Shown: positions 28,978 through 38,484, numbered from the stretch's first letter. The stretch is DNA of 55,123 nucleotides from Pedosphaera sp. (GCA_009695285.1 SIBH01000002.1:1-55123); one strand, 5' to 3'. Numbers and translations are program-made. The notes: generated by a model from the letters alone, not told the origin.

Positions 28978-29838
28978 ATGTCTCTCCAAGATCAAACCAC
29001 TCTCCGCATCGTCCTCTACGAAGGCGACGGCTCGCAGCCGTTAGAAGCCCCCGGCCGCTTTGCCGCGATGACCGCGCTGTTGGAAAAAGGTTTCGCCGTC
29101 ACCCGCGCCGCCGCCGCTGGGGCACCCGCGCGCGCCGACCGCAGTTCGCTCCTCGTGCTCGGCCAGTTCATCGGTGGGAAACCACCGCAGGCCGAGGACG
29201 CCGCCGGCGAAGTTTCTATCCGCTTTCAGGACATCACCGGCTTCGACGCCGCGCGCATTGCCGAGAGCGTCGAGTCCGCCCGCGCGTTGACCAGCGCCGT
29301 GAAGCAGGGCGACTGGAAGCCGTGGTTCCCGGTCATCGACTACGACCGCTGCACGAACTGCATGCAGTGCCTGAGCTTCTGCCTCTTCGGCGTCTATGGC
29401 GTCGATGACGGGCAAAAAATCCAGGTGCAGAACAACGACAACTGCAAGACCAACTGCCCCGCCTGCTCGCGTGTCTGTCCCGAAGCCGCGATCATGTTTC
29501 CGAAATACAAGGCCGGCCCGATTAACGGCGACGTGGTGAGCGACTCCGACCTGAACCGCGAGAAGATGAAGGTGGATATTAGCGCGCTGCTCGGCGGCGA
29601 TGTTTATTCGATGCTCCGCGAGCGCAGTGAAAAGGCGCAAAGCCGTTTCAGCAAGGAGCGCGACGCCGACAAGGCGCTCAAGGAACGGCAGAAATGCCTC
29701 GTGAAACTTGCCCAGGCCGGCGACATCCCGGCGGAAGTCCTGATGAGCCTGCCGTCGCCGGATGAAATCATGCGCCGCGCGGAAGAGGCGAAGGCGAAGG
29801 GGCAGGCGGCGCTCGCGATGCAAAAGCAAACGAGCTAA
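28978..29838 (+). CDS. 2x[4Fe-4S] ferredoxin-domain protein
   Basis: PVIDYDRCTNCMQCLSFC and CKTNCPACSRVCP. Confidence 0.85.
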   Translation: MSLQDQTTLRIVLYEGDGSQPLEAPGRFAAMTALLEKGFAVTRAAAAGAPARADRSSLLVLGQFIGGKPPQAEDAAGEVSIRFQDITGFDAARIAESVESARALTSAVKQGDWKPWFPVIDYDRCTNCMQCLSFCLFGVYGVDDGQKIQVQNNDNCKTNCPACSRVCPEAAIMFPKYKAGPINGDVVSDSDLNREKMKVDISALLGGDVYSMLRERSEKAQSRFSKERDADKALKERQKCLVKLAQAGDIPAEVLMSLPSPDEIMRRAEEAKAKGQAALAMQKQTS

Positions 29839-29862
29839 AAATCTCCTGCCGGTGGAGCAAAT

Positions 29863-30711
29863 ATGACATCCGCGACTATTAAACTGTTCTTGCCGCGTGG
29901 TGACGCCAAAAGCCTACGCACGGCCGAAATCTCCAACTGGACAGGCAAGGCCATTGCAGCGCCTCGCACCGAACTCGATGAACTGCTTGCACGCGAGGAA
30001 CTCGACAAAGCAGGCATTTATATCCTTACGGGCAATGATCCGATTACCAATGCGCCCCGGGCTTACATCGGGGAGGCTGAGGTCATTCGCGAACGCCTCA
30101 AGCAACACAGGACGAAGGAATTCTGGGTGTCAACCATCGTCTTTGTGAGCAAGGACGAGAACCTTACTAAAGCGCACGTCCGTTACCTTGAGAGCCGACT
30201 CCTCGCAGAAGCGGGAGAGATTGGAAGGTTCACGCTCGAACAGAATCAAGCCGGCGGATCCAAGCTTCCCGAATCGGACCGTGAGGACATGGAGGTGTTT
30301 TTCTCTCGCATCCGTCAGCTACTGCCGGTTCTCGGCTCAGATATTCTTGCTCCTGTTTTTCAACCCGCTACTAAATCTCAGCCGGGAGGCGTGCTTTTCT
30401 GCCGAATCAAAGGCGCTGAAGCTCGCGGCCAGCGGACAGCGAATGGCTTTGTTGTCTTCGGGGGCTCCACTGCGGTCTTGGAGGAGCGGCCATCCGCAGA
30501 GAGCTACCCGGGAGTCACTGTCCAACGAAAATACTTTATTACTGACAAGACGCTGGTCGAAAAAAATGGGATGTTAGTCTTCACAAAAGATTGCGAGTTC
30601 ACGAGTCCGTCAGCAGCAGCTGTAGTGATTCACGGCGGAAGTGCCAATGGACTGTCAGCTTGGAAGACGAAAGATGGAACGTCCCTTAAAAAACTAGACG
30701 AAAGCGCCTGA
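29863..30711 (+). CDS. GIY-YIG nuclease family protein with DUF4357-like C-terminus
   Basis: AGIYIL...AYIGEAE..RERLKQH, YLES, C-terminal FTSPSAAA..GGSANG..AWK; visibly more A/T-ending codons than its neighbours. Confidence 0.85.
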   Translation: MTSATIKLFLPRGDAKSLRTAEISNWTGKAIAAPRTELDELLAREELDKAGIYILTGNDPITNAPRAYIGEAEVIRERLKQHRTKEFWVSTIVFVSKDENLTKAHVRYLESRLLAEAGEIGRFTLEQNQAGGSKLPESDREDMEVFFSRIRQLLPVLGSDILAPVFQPATKSQPGGVLFCRIKGAEARGQRTANGFVVFGGSTAVLEERPSAESYPGVTVQRKYFITDKTLVEKNGMLVFTKDCEFTSPSAAAVVIHGGSANGLSAWKTKDGTSLKKLDESA

Positions 30712-30715
30712 TCAC

Positions 30716-32014
30716 ATGCTGCCTCAACTCATCTTCCGTACCCTGCGCTCCGCAAACAAGCGGTGCATCGCGAAGTTCTGCTGGAACTTCGGTGTGAAGG
30801 GCATGCTGTCGGTCGAGAAGTTCAAGCGACGCATCCAGCGCGGCGAGTTTTTCCCCCCGTTCCTCTACGTCTCGATCCTCAACTCCTGCAACCTCCGCTG
30901 CCAAGGCTGCTGGGTGGATGTGGAGGAGAAGGACGCCATTGACCTCGACACGCTCAACCGCACCATCACCGACGCCAAGCGGCACGGGAACGCGTTCTTC
31001 GGCATCCTCGGCGGCGAGCCGTTCATGCACCCACAGTTGCTCGACCTGCTCGCGGCGCATCCGGATTGTTATTTTCAAGTCTTCACCAACGGCCAGCTCA
31101 TCACGGAGAAAATCGCCAGGCGCCTGCGCGAGATCGGCAACGTCACGCCGCTCATCAGCATCGAAGGCCGCGAGATCACCAGTGACACGCGGCGCGGCAA
31201 AAAGGAAGTCTTCACCCGCACCTTGCGCGGTCTCGACAACTGCCTGCGCGAGGGCTTGCTCACCGGCGTCGCCACCAGCGTCTGCCAGTCGAACATTGAC
31301 GAACTGCTCACCGAATCGTGGTTGCAGGAGCTTATTGACCGGGGCGTTCACTACGTCTGGTATCACACCTACCGCCCGGTCGGTCCGAAGCCGAACTTCG
31401 ATCTCGCGTTGCGCCCTGACCAACTCGTGCGCGTGCGGAAGTTCATCGTCGAGATGCGCGCCAAGATGCCCATCGCGATGATTGACGCCTACTACGACGG
31501 CGAGGGCAAGGCGCTCTGCCCAATGTCCACGGGCGTGAGTCATCACATCGGCCCCAAGGGCGACATCGAGCCGTGCCCGATCATCCAGTTCGCGACCGAG
31601 AACATCCGCGACCCGCGCGGCATCTACGCGACGATGCGCGACAGCACGTTCTTGAAAGACTTCCGCGAACTCAGCGCGCACCACACGCGCGGCTGCGTAG
31701 TGCTGGAACGCCCCGACCTCGTGAAGGAACTCGTCGTGAAGCACGGCGCGCGCGACACGACCGTGCGCGGCACCGCGATGGCCGAACTGGAAGCGATGAC
31801 CCCGCGTTTCAGCCAATGGCTCCCCGGCGAGGAAATTCCCGAGAAGCACTGGATGTATCGGCTCTCGAAGAAGTATTGGTTCTACGACTTCAACGCTTAC
31901 AAAAATGTCGCTCACGACGCCGAGGCCAAGGCGCGGGAATTGAAATCAAAGCTCGACCCGCTTCCCGCCGCTGCGAATACTTCGGGCGCGAGCCCTGAAC
32001 TCGTGAATAAATGA
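30716..32014 (+). CDS. Radical SAM protein with SPASM/twitch-like C-terminal region
   Basis: CNLRCQGC, GGEP, FTNG, ISIEG; C-terminal CPMSTG..HIGPKGDIEPCP and RGC. Confidence 0.9.
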   Translation: MLPQLIFRTLRSANKRCIAKFCWNFGVKGMLSVEKFKRRIQRGEFFPPFLYVSILNSCNLRCQGCWVDVEEKDAIDLDTLNRTITDAKRHGNAFFGILGGEPFMHPQLLDLLAAHPDCYFQVFTNGQLITEKIARRLREIGNVTPLISIEGREITSDTRRGKKEVFTRTLRGLDNCLREGLLTGVATSVCQSNIDELLTESWLQELIDRGVHYVWYHTYRPVGPKPNFDLALRPDQLVRVRKFIVEMRAKMPIAMIDAYYDGEGKALCPMSTGVSHHIGPKGDIEPCPIIQFATENIRDPRGIYATMRDSTFLKDFRELSAHHTRGCVVLERPDLVKELVVKHGARDTTVRGTAMAELEAMTPRFSQWLPGEEIPEKHWMYRLSKKYWFYDFNAYKNVAHDAEAKARELKSKLDPLPAAANTSGASPELVNK

Positions 32015-32033
32015 CCAGTCGCGCCATCTGAAC

Positions 32034-33818
32034 ATGAGTATGCAGCCCATCACCTTGAACGCCGTCGGCAGTTTCACTCCCGGGAGCGTCAGCATCCCCA
32101 AGCACGCCGTTCAGCAGCGCGTGCGCCCGCCCAAGAAAAACGTCCCGCAGACCGGCATGGAGCGGACGCACATTCTCAACACCGTCCGCCGCTACGTCGC
32201 CGAGTTTAATCCCATCCCGCCGATGCCGTCCGACGAACTCAAGGTCCATGCCGACCGGCTCGTCGAGATGCTCAAGTGCGACGCCATCTACCGCGACTAC
32301 ATCGGCGTGCTCCTGAACAACGAAATGTGGCGCGAGAGCGTGGCCGCCATTCCGTTCGAGCGCCGTCTGCTCCTGCTTCCGAAATGCCTGCGCGTCGAGA
32401 GCAAATGCCCTGCGCCCTTCGATGAATTCGGTCTGCTGTGCAAACAATGCGGCCTCTGTTCCATCCAGGACTTGCAGGCCGAGGCGGAGAAACTGGGTTA
32501 TGCCGTGCTCGTGGCCGAAGGTTCCGCCATCGTCATGTCGCTCATTCAGACCGGGAAGATTGAAGCCATCGTCGGCGTGAGCTGCCTGAGCGTTTTGGAA
32601 CGCGCGTTTCCCTACATGGAAGCCGCCGCGATTCCCGGCGTCGCGGTGCCGCTGCTCCAGGACGACTGCATCGACACCACGGTCGATCTCGACTGGGTCT
32701 GGGATTACATCCATCTGACCAGCGACGACAAAACGCGCCGCCTTGACCTCGGCGCGCTCCGTGAAGAAGTGGACTTCTGGTTCTCACCCGCGTCGCTTGA
32801 CCTCATCATGGGCAACGCCGACGGCGAGACCGAGCGCATCGCCCGCGAATGGCTGGGCCGTGCCGGCAAACGCTGGCGGCCGTTTCTCGCCGTCTCCACG
32901 TTCCAGGCGTTGCGCGCCGACACCGGCCAACCGCTGCCCGATGACATTAAAAAAATCGCCGTCGCGGTCGAATGTTTCCACAAGGCCTCGCTCATCCACG
33001 ACGACATCGAAGACAACGACGCGACGCGCTACGGTGAGAAAACGCTCCACGAAGAATACGGCGTGGCTGTCGCGCTGAACGTCGGTGATCTCCTCATCGG
33101 CGAAGGCTACCGGCTGATCGGGGCCAGCAAAATTTCCGCCGAACAGAAGGCCGAGATGCTGCTCGTCGCCAGTCAGGGCCAGCGTCAACTTTGCCGTGGT
33201 CAGGGCGCAGAACTCTGCTGGGCGCGCCAGCCCGAACCGCTCACTTCCCTGCAAGTGCTCGATATTTTTCGCAGCAAAACCGCGCCGGCCTTCGAGGTTG
33301 CGCTGCAATTCGGCGCGCTTTATGCCGGACTGGAACAGCACGGGGAAGTCTGCGACACGCTCCAGGTTTACAGCGAGGCCCTCGGCATCGCCTACCAGAT
33401 CCGCGACGACCTCAGCGACCTCGGCGCGGGCGGCGAGACGAACGACATCGCCGGACTTCGCCCTAGCCTGCTGCTGGCCGTCGCCTACGAACGCGCGCAG
33501 GCCGAGAAGAAAATCTTGCTCGAATTCCTCTGGCGTCGCGCGCCGCAGGCGGGCGTGAATCCCGAGCAGATCGAGGCGCTCTACGTGGAACTGAAGGCCG
33601 ACGAACGTGCCCGCACCCTGCTGGAAACTTACAAGGAAGAGGCCATCCGCTGCCTGCGCGATCTGGAGAATCCGAATTTGAAGGGCCTGCTCCGCCGCGT
33701 CCTCGGCAAGATTTTCAACGACACGGAAATCAAAGGCTGGTGCAAGGAATTCGAGCAGCAGAACACTGCCGGACGGCTGCTGGTGGTGGAACCGGCCGCG
33801 CCGGCCCCGGTGGCGTGA
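32034..33818 (+). CDS. DUF116 domain - trans-polyprenyl diphosphate synthase fusion
   Basis: DUF116-like LLPKCLR..CPA..CKQCGLC..GVSC..DCIDT; prenyl synthase GKRWRP, FARM HKASLIHDDIED, GQ, KT, SARM YQIRDDLSD. Confidence 0.88.
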   Translation: MSMQPITLNAVGSFTPGSVSIPKHAVQQRVRPPKKNVPQTGMERTHILNTVRRYVAEFNPIPPMPSDELKVHADRLVEMLKCDAIYRDYIGVLLNNEMWRESVAAIPFERRLLLLPKCLRVESKCPAPFDEFGLLCKQCGLCSIQDLQAEAEKLGYAVLVAEGSAIVMSLIQTGKIEAIVGVSCLSVLERAFPYMEAAAIPGVAVPLLQDDCIDTTVDLDWVWDYIHLTSDDKTRRLDLGALREEVDFWFSPASLDLIMGNADGETERIAREWLGRAGKRWRPFLAVSTFQALRADTGQPLPDDIKKIAVAVECFHKASLIHDDIEDNDATRYGEKTLHEEYGVAVALNVGDLLIGEGYRLIGASKISAEQKAEMLLVASQGQRQLCRGQGAELCWARQPEPLTSLQVLDIFRSKTAPAFEVALQFGALYAGLEQHGEVCDTLQVYSEALGIAYQIRDDLSDLGAGGETNDIAGLRPSLLLAVAYERAQAEKKILLEFLWRRAPQAGVNPEQIEALYVELKADERARTLLETYKEEAIRCLRDLENPNLKGLLRRVLGKIFNDTEIKGWCKEFEQQNTAGRLLVVEPAAPAPVA

Positions 33819-33928
33819 CCTGGCCAAGGCGTGCCGAAATCCACCGCCGTGGCCGGACAGAAATTCCCCCATCCACGTCCGCCCTAAATCCCCGGGAAAA
33901 ATTCGCCGTGGCTTTTCCGTAATCCGCA

Positions 33929-34834
33929 TCAACTCCCCGCCGGATGACTGGCCGACCACGCCAACCCCACCACCCCGGCCACGGCGATCACTCCGCCGAG
34001 CAACGACCGCTTCGTGGGCCGCTCACCCTCCACCCACTGCGCCAGCGGCACGATCACGAGCGGCGTCAAGGCCACCACCGGCAGCACCTCGCCCGCGCTG
34101 TGGTGCATCAAGGCGAGTTGATAACAGCCCACGCCCAGCACCGGCCCCGCGAGCGTGCCCGCCAGCAGCCACGGCCAGGCCTCGCCCTTCAGCGGACTGT
34201 TTTTTTCCCTGGAACCTCGCAACGAAAAAAAATACCAGACCACCATCGCGATTAGGAGTCCGCCGAGAATCCGTTGATAGCTCGCGGTCAGCGGGCTGAT
34301 CGAATGGCCCGCCATCTCCACCACCGCGTAGCCTTTGCGCGACAGCACCACGCCCAGTCCCTGGCCCACGCCCGCGATGACTCCGCAGACCGTCCCGATC
34401 CAGAACGTGCGCCGGGAAATCTCCAGATGCCCGCTCGGCGCCAGCGCCACCACCACGCCCGCCAGTGTCACCAGCGCGAACAGAATTTTTAGCGACGTCA
34501 GCGGCGTGCCCAGCCAGAACCATTCCACGGTGGCGGCGAACGGCGCGGCTAGACAATGCACCAGCAGCACCGACAACCTCGAACCGATCCGCGGCAACGC
34601 CTCGTAAAACGCCACGTCCCCCAGGCCGAAGCCCGCGATGCCACTCAGAAAAAACCAGCCGAACGCCCCGCCACTCCAGCCCTCCCCGAAGAGATGCGCG
34701 TAGGCCGCGAGCAGGATGGTCGCCAGCAGGATGCGAAAAAAGTTCGCGCGCACGCCGCCGAGCACTTTGGCAATGCGATGCGCGCACACCCCGGAGAGTG
34801 CGAAGCAAATGGTCGTGGCAAAAGCGGCCCACAT
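33929..34834 (-). CDS. DMT/EamA family transporter
   Basis: About 10 hydrophobic helices in two repeats; GFGLGD..F, GERP..GGVIAVAGV. Confidence 0.85.
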   Translation of the reverse strand: MWAAFATTICFALSGVCAHRIAKVLGGVRANFFRILLATILLAAYAHLFGEGWSGGAFGWFFLSGIAGFGLGDVAFYEALPRIGSRLSVLLVHCLAAPFAATVEWFWLGTPLTSLKILFALVTLAGVVVALAPSGHLEISRRTFWIGTVCGVIAGVGQGLGVVLSRKGYAVVEMAGHSISPLTASYQRILGGLLIAMVVWYFFSLRGSREKNSPLKGEAWPWLLAGTLAGPVLGVGCYQLALMHHSAGEVLPVVALTPLVIVPLAQWVEGERPTKRSLLGGVIAVAGVVGLAWSASHPAGS

Positions 34835-35060
34835 GAAACGCTATGATGGCCGCGCCCAGGCCGGGCCGACAAACCAAATCATGCGATGGCGGCGCGGGAC
34901 GGTCCGAATCGGGAAACGCCTGAAGGCAGATTCCCGAACTTTCAAGCTGGTAGCCGTCAGAACAGAACCGGTGTTCGCCTGGGTGGTAATTTTGACCGCG
35001 CGGTTTTCGCATTTTTTTATTTTGGCGGCGCGCTCTGTCCGGCACTGTCGGCGGGCATAG

Positions 35061-38000
35061 ATGAGTTTCACCGATTTAACAGAAGCCTTTTTGGCGAAGA
35101 TCGCGGGCTGGGACGCGGTCAAAAACGCGCGCGCCCTACTGGCCGCCGACAAGGTTCTCAGCTCGAACTGGACGCCGCCCATCCTCAAGGGCGTCGTGCA
35201 GGAAGGCTCGGCGTCGTATCGCGCCGGGTTGGTCATCAAGGACACAATCAACATCGAGAACATGTGCTCGTGCCGCGCCTCGCGCGACGCGGGGATGATC
35301 TGCGCGCACTCGGTCGCGGTCGGCCTGCATCATTTGCAGCGGGGTAAGGCTCCGGCGCTGGGAGCCGCGAGCACCACGGCCACGCTGGTGCCGATGCGCG
35401 CCGGGGCGTCGAGAACCGCGCGCGAACCGGAGCCGGAAGCCGGGCCGCGTTTGCGCCGCGCCTCGCTGGGTGAAGCGGGTGAGGCCTTGGAAATTTCCGT
35501 GATTCTCCCGCCGACCTTCGCCGCCGGCCTCGAGCGCGGCAAAGTCATGGCGACGTTCGAGGGCAAATGGAGCGGTGGCCGCGCGCCGCTGAGCGCGCTG
35601 CCGATGGCGAAGGCGTTCCGGCTTTCCGCCGAGGACACGCGGTTGCTCGACATGGCCGAGCATCTTGCCGGCGGCGAAACGCCCGGCGGACTGATGTTGA
35701 ATCTCGTCGAGTTGACGCAATTGCTCGGCGCGCTGGCCGGCCATCCGCGCGTGGCGCTGGGACGCGGCCAACCGCTGGCCGTTTCGGCGACGGCCTGGCG
35801 CGTGCCGATTCAGGCGACGCTCGAAACATCCGGCGAGATTCGCCTGAACCTGCCGCCGGAGGCGGCGCGTCCGCTGCTCATTGCGGGCGAAACGCTCTGG
35901 GCCTTCCACGGCGCGGCGCTGGAGCCGGTCGCATTGCCGAAGCAATGGCGCGAGCTGTTTCGCGGCCCGATAAAACTTTCCCGGCAGCGCGTGCCGCTCT
36001 TCCTCAGCCAAGAACTCGCCGTGCTCGAGGCTGAGTGCGACGTGGACGCGAATTTTGTTCTCGAAGAATTCACGCTCGAACCACAGCCGCCGCGCTTCGT
36101 GCTCGCGCTCAACGGCGGGCTGGCGCAGGTGCAGGCGCAGTTGCAGTGCGCCTACGGGGCGCGCGTCATGACCGTGGGCGTGACCGCGAAGGACGAGACG
36201 CTTTGGCTGCCCGATCCGAAAAGCACCACGCGCTATTCGACGCGCGATTTCGGGACGGAGATGGCCGCGACGGAGCGGATGAGGCGCGCGGGTTTCATCG
36301 GGCCGGACACGCAGGGCCGCTGGAATCTGCACGGGGAAAACGCGGTGGTGAATTTTTTCGCGCGCGAGTTTCCGCGCCTGCAAAAGGAGTGGGACGTGAC
36401 GCTGGAGGAACGGCTGGAGCGGAGCACGGCGAAAAATTTCGAGCGCATCGAGCCGCACCTGCAAATCACGCCGTCGGGCGAGCGGTGGTTTGATGTCGAG
36501 ATGTCGCTGGCCTCGGAAGATGGTGAAAAGTTTTCGGCGGCGGACATTCAGCGTTTGATTTTGTCTGGCTCCAGTCACACGCGCTTGAAGAACGGGCGCA
36601 TCGCGCTGATCGACACGGGCGCGCTGGAGGAGTTCAACGAGGTGCTGCGGGATTGTGCGCCGCAGCAGCACGAGAAGGGCTACCGGTTGAGCGGCGTGCA
36701 GGCGGGTTTTCTCGACGCGACACTGCGGCAGCAGCCGGGCTGGCAGGTGCAGGCGTCCGCCGCGTGGCGCGAGCGCGCGGCGCAGCAGAGCGGCCAGACG
36801 AAGCTGGAATGTCCGCCGCTGGGCGTGCTCGAAGATGTGCTGCGCCCATATCAAAAGCAGGGCGTGGCGTGGCTGCGTTTTTTGCGCGAGAACCATTTCG
36901 GCGGAATCCTGGCGGACGAGATGGGGCTGGGGAAAACGCTGCAAACATTGGCCTTCGTGGCGGTAACGCGGAACGAGGAACGCGGAATGCGGAACAGGGA
37001 AACTGCGAGCCGCAAACCGTATTTGATCGTTTGTCCGACTTCGCTGGTTTTCAACTGGGTGGCGGAGGCGAAGAAATTCACGCCGGAGTTGAAGGTTCTG
37101 GCGCTGCACGGCGCGGGGCGGCACGAGCTGTTTGATAAAATTCCGGAGAGCGATCTCGTCATCACCAGTTACGCGCTGATCCGACGCGACGCGGAGCGGT
37201 ATCGTGAAATGGAGTTCGACACGCTGGTGCTCGACGAGGCGCAGCACATCAAGAACCGGCAGACGCAAAACGCGGTCGCGGTGAAGGCGGTGCGGGCGCA
37301 GCACCGGCTCGTGCTCACCGGCACGCCGATGGAAAACTCGGTGCTCGATCTCTGGAGCATTTTTGACTTTTTGATGCCGGGCTATCTCGGCGCGGCGCAG
37401 GATTTCCGCGAGCGTTACGAGCAGCCGATCACGCGGGACAAGGATCTCGCTGCGCAGTCGCGGCTGGGACGGCGGCTGCGTCCGTTCATTCTGCGCCGGC
37501 TGAAGCGCGACGTGGCGAAAGACCTGCCGGCGAAGCTGGAACAGGTTTCGTACTGCGAACTCACCGAGGACCAGCAGCAGGTGTATCAGCAAATTCTCGC
37601 GGTCAGCCGCCGGGAAGTGATGGCGGCGGTCGGCGCGCAGGGTCTGGCGAAAAGCCGCATGGTGGTGCTGAACGCGCTGCTGCGGTTGCGGCAGATTTGC
37701 TGCGACTTGCGCCTGCTGAAACTCGATGAGGACAAGTTCACCGACGAGAATTCCGGCAAACTGGAGATGTTTGGCGAACTGCTCGAAGAGGCGATGGACG
37801 GTGGACATCGCGTGCTGGTGTTCAGCCAGTTTGTTTCGATGCTCACGCTGCTCCGGGAAAAACTCGCGGCGGACAAGGTTGAGTATTGCTACCTCGACGG
37901 CTCGACGATGAATCGCGGCGCGGTGGTGGAAAAATTTCAGGCGAACGAAAAAATTCCGGTATTCCTCATCAGCCTCAAGGCGGGCGGCGTCGGCCTCAAC

Positions 38001-38258
38001 CTGACCGGCGCGGACACGGTAATTCATTTCGATCCGTGGTGGAATCCGGCGGTGGAGGACCAGGCCACCGACCGGGCGCATCGCATCGGGCAGACGCGCG
38101 TGGTGACGAGCTACAAGCTGATCACGCGCGGCACGGTGGAGGAAAAAATTCTGGCGTTGCAGCAGCGCAAGCGCGCGGTGATCAAGGCCACGCTCGGCGG
38201 CGAGGAATCACTCACGGAGAACCTGACGTGGGAGGAGATTCAGGGGTTGTTTGAGTGA
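35061..38258 (+). CDS. SWIM zinc finger - SNF2 family helicase
   Basis: CSC...CAH SWIM motif; LRPYQ, LADEMGLGKT, DEAQ, TGTP, FSQF, QATDRAHRIGQ. Confidence 0.95.
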   Translation: MSFTDLTEAFLAKIAGWDAVKNARALLAADKVLSSNWTPPILKGVVQEGSASYRAGLVIKDTINIENMCSCRASRDAGMICAHSVAVGLHHLQRGKAPALGAASTTATLVPMRAGASRTAREPEPEAGPRLRRASLGEAGEALEISVILPPTFAAGLERGKVMATFEGKWSGGRAPLSALPMAKAFRLSAEDTRLLDMAEHLAGGETPGGLMLNLVELTQLLGALAGHPRVALGRGQPLAVSATAWRVPIQATLETSGEIRLNLPPEAARPLLIAGETLWAFHGAALEPVALPKQWRELFRGPIKLSRQRVPLFLSQELAVLEAECDVDANFVLEEFTLEPQPPRFVLALNGGLAQVQAQLQCAYGARVMTVGVTAKDETLWLPDPKSTTRYSTRDFGTEMAATERMRRAGFIGPDTQGRWNLHGENAVVNFFAREFPRLQKEWDVTLEERLERSTAKNFERIEPHLQITPSGERWFDVEMSLASEDGEKFSAADIQRLILSGSSHTRLKNGRIALIDTGALEEFNEVLRDCAPQQHEKGYRLSGVQAGFLDATLRQQPGWQVQASAAWRERAAQQSGQTKLECPPLGVLEDVLRPYQKQGVAWLRFLRENHFGGILADEMGLGKTLQTLAFVAVTRNEERGMRNRETASRKPYLIVCPTSLVFNWVAEAKKFTPELKVLALHGAGRHELFDKIPESDLVITSYALIRRDAERYREMEFDTLVLDEAQHIKNRQTQNAVAVKAVRAQHRLVLTGTPMENSVLDLWSIFDFLMPGYLGAAQDFRERYEQPITRDKDLAAQSRLGRRLRPFILRRLKRDVAKDLPAKLEQVSYCELTEDQQQVYQQILAVSRREVMAAVGAQGLAKSRMVVLNALLRLRQICCDLRLLKLDEDKFTDENSGKLEMFGELLEEAMDGGHRVLVFSQFVSMLTLLREKLAADKVEYCYLDGSTMNRGAVVEKFQANEKIPVFLISLKAGGVGLNLTGADTVIHFDPWWNPAVEDQATDRAHRIGQTRVVTSYKLITRGTVEEKILALQQRKRAVIKATLGGEESLTENLTWEEIQGLFE
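36964..36998 (+). repeat. Degenerate heptamer repeat (GAACGCG) inside the SNF2 gene
   Basis: taacgcg gaacgag gaacgcg gaatgcg gaacagg; translated as TRNEERGMRNRE. Confidence 0.7.
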
Positions 38259-38300
38259 GGGTTTTTTGGTTGAGAGAAGAGGGGACAGGGCTTCTCTCCG

Positions 38301-38484
38301 GTCCCGCAGGGACGCGCGAAAACAGCCCAGTGCTTTAGCACTGGGTTTGCGGCACCGCCGAACGAGTTCCGCAGGGACGGCAGAACCGGGCGTGGAATTC
38401 TGCCGTCCCTGCGGGACTTGGCCCGCAACATTCCTCCAACCCAGCGATGAATCGCTGGGCTATTTTCGGGCGTCCCTGAGGGAC
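38301..38484. repeat. Nested palindromic REP/MITE-like element (GTCCC.CAGGGAC family)
   Basis: Outer gtcccgcagggac / gtccctgagggac; mirrored cccag..ctggg hairpins; inner cgcagggacggcagaa / ttctgccgtccctgcg. Confidence 0.75.

Noticed and set aside
35136-38081. 981-aa minus-strand ORF (likewise 43089-44903, 16377-17723, 30686-31915)
   Set aside because: Antisense shadows of well-supported plus-strand genes.
38301-38484. CRISPR array or structured ncRNA gene
   Set aside because: The repeats are inverted and nested, not direct repeats with unique spacers, and there are no cas genes. The layout fits a REP/MITE.
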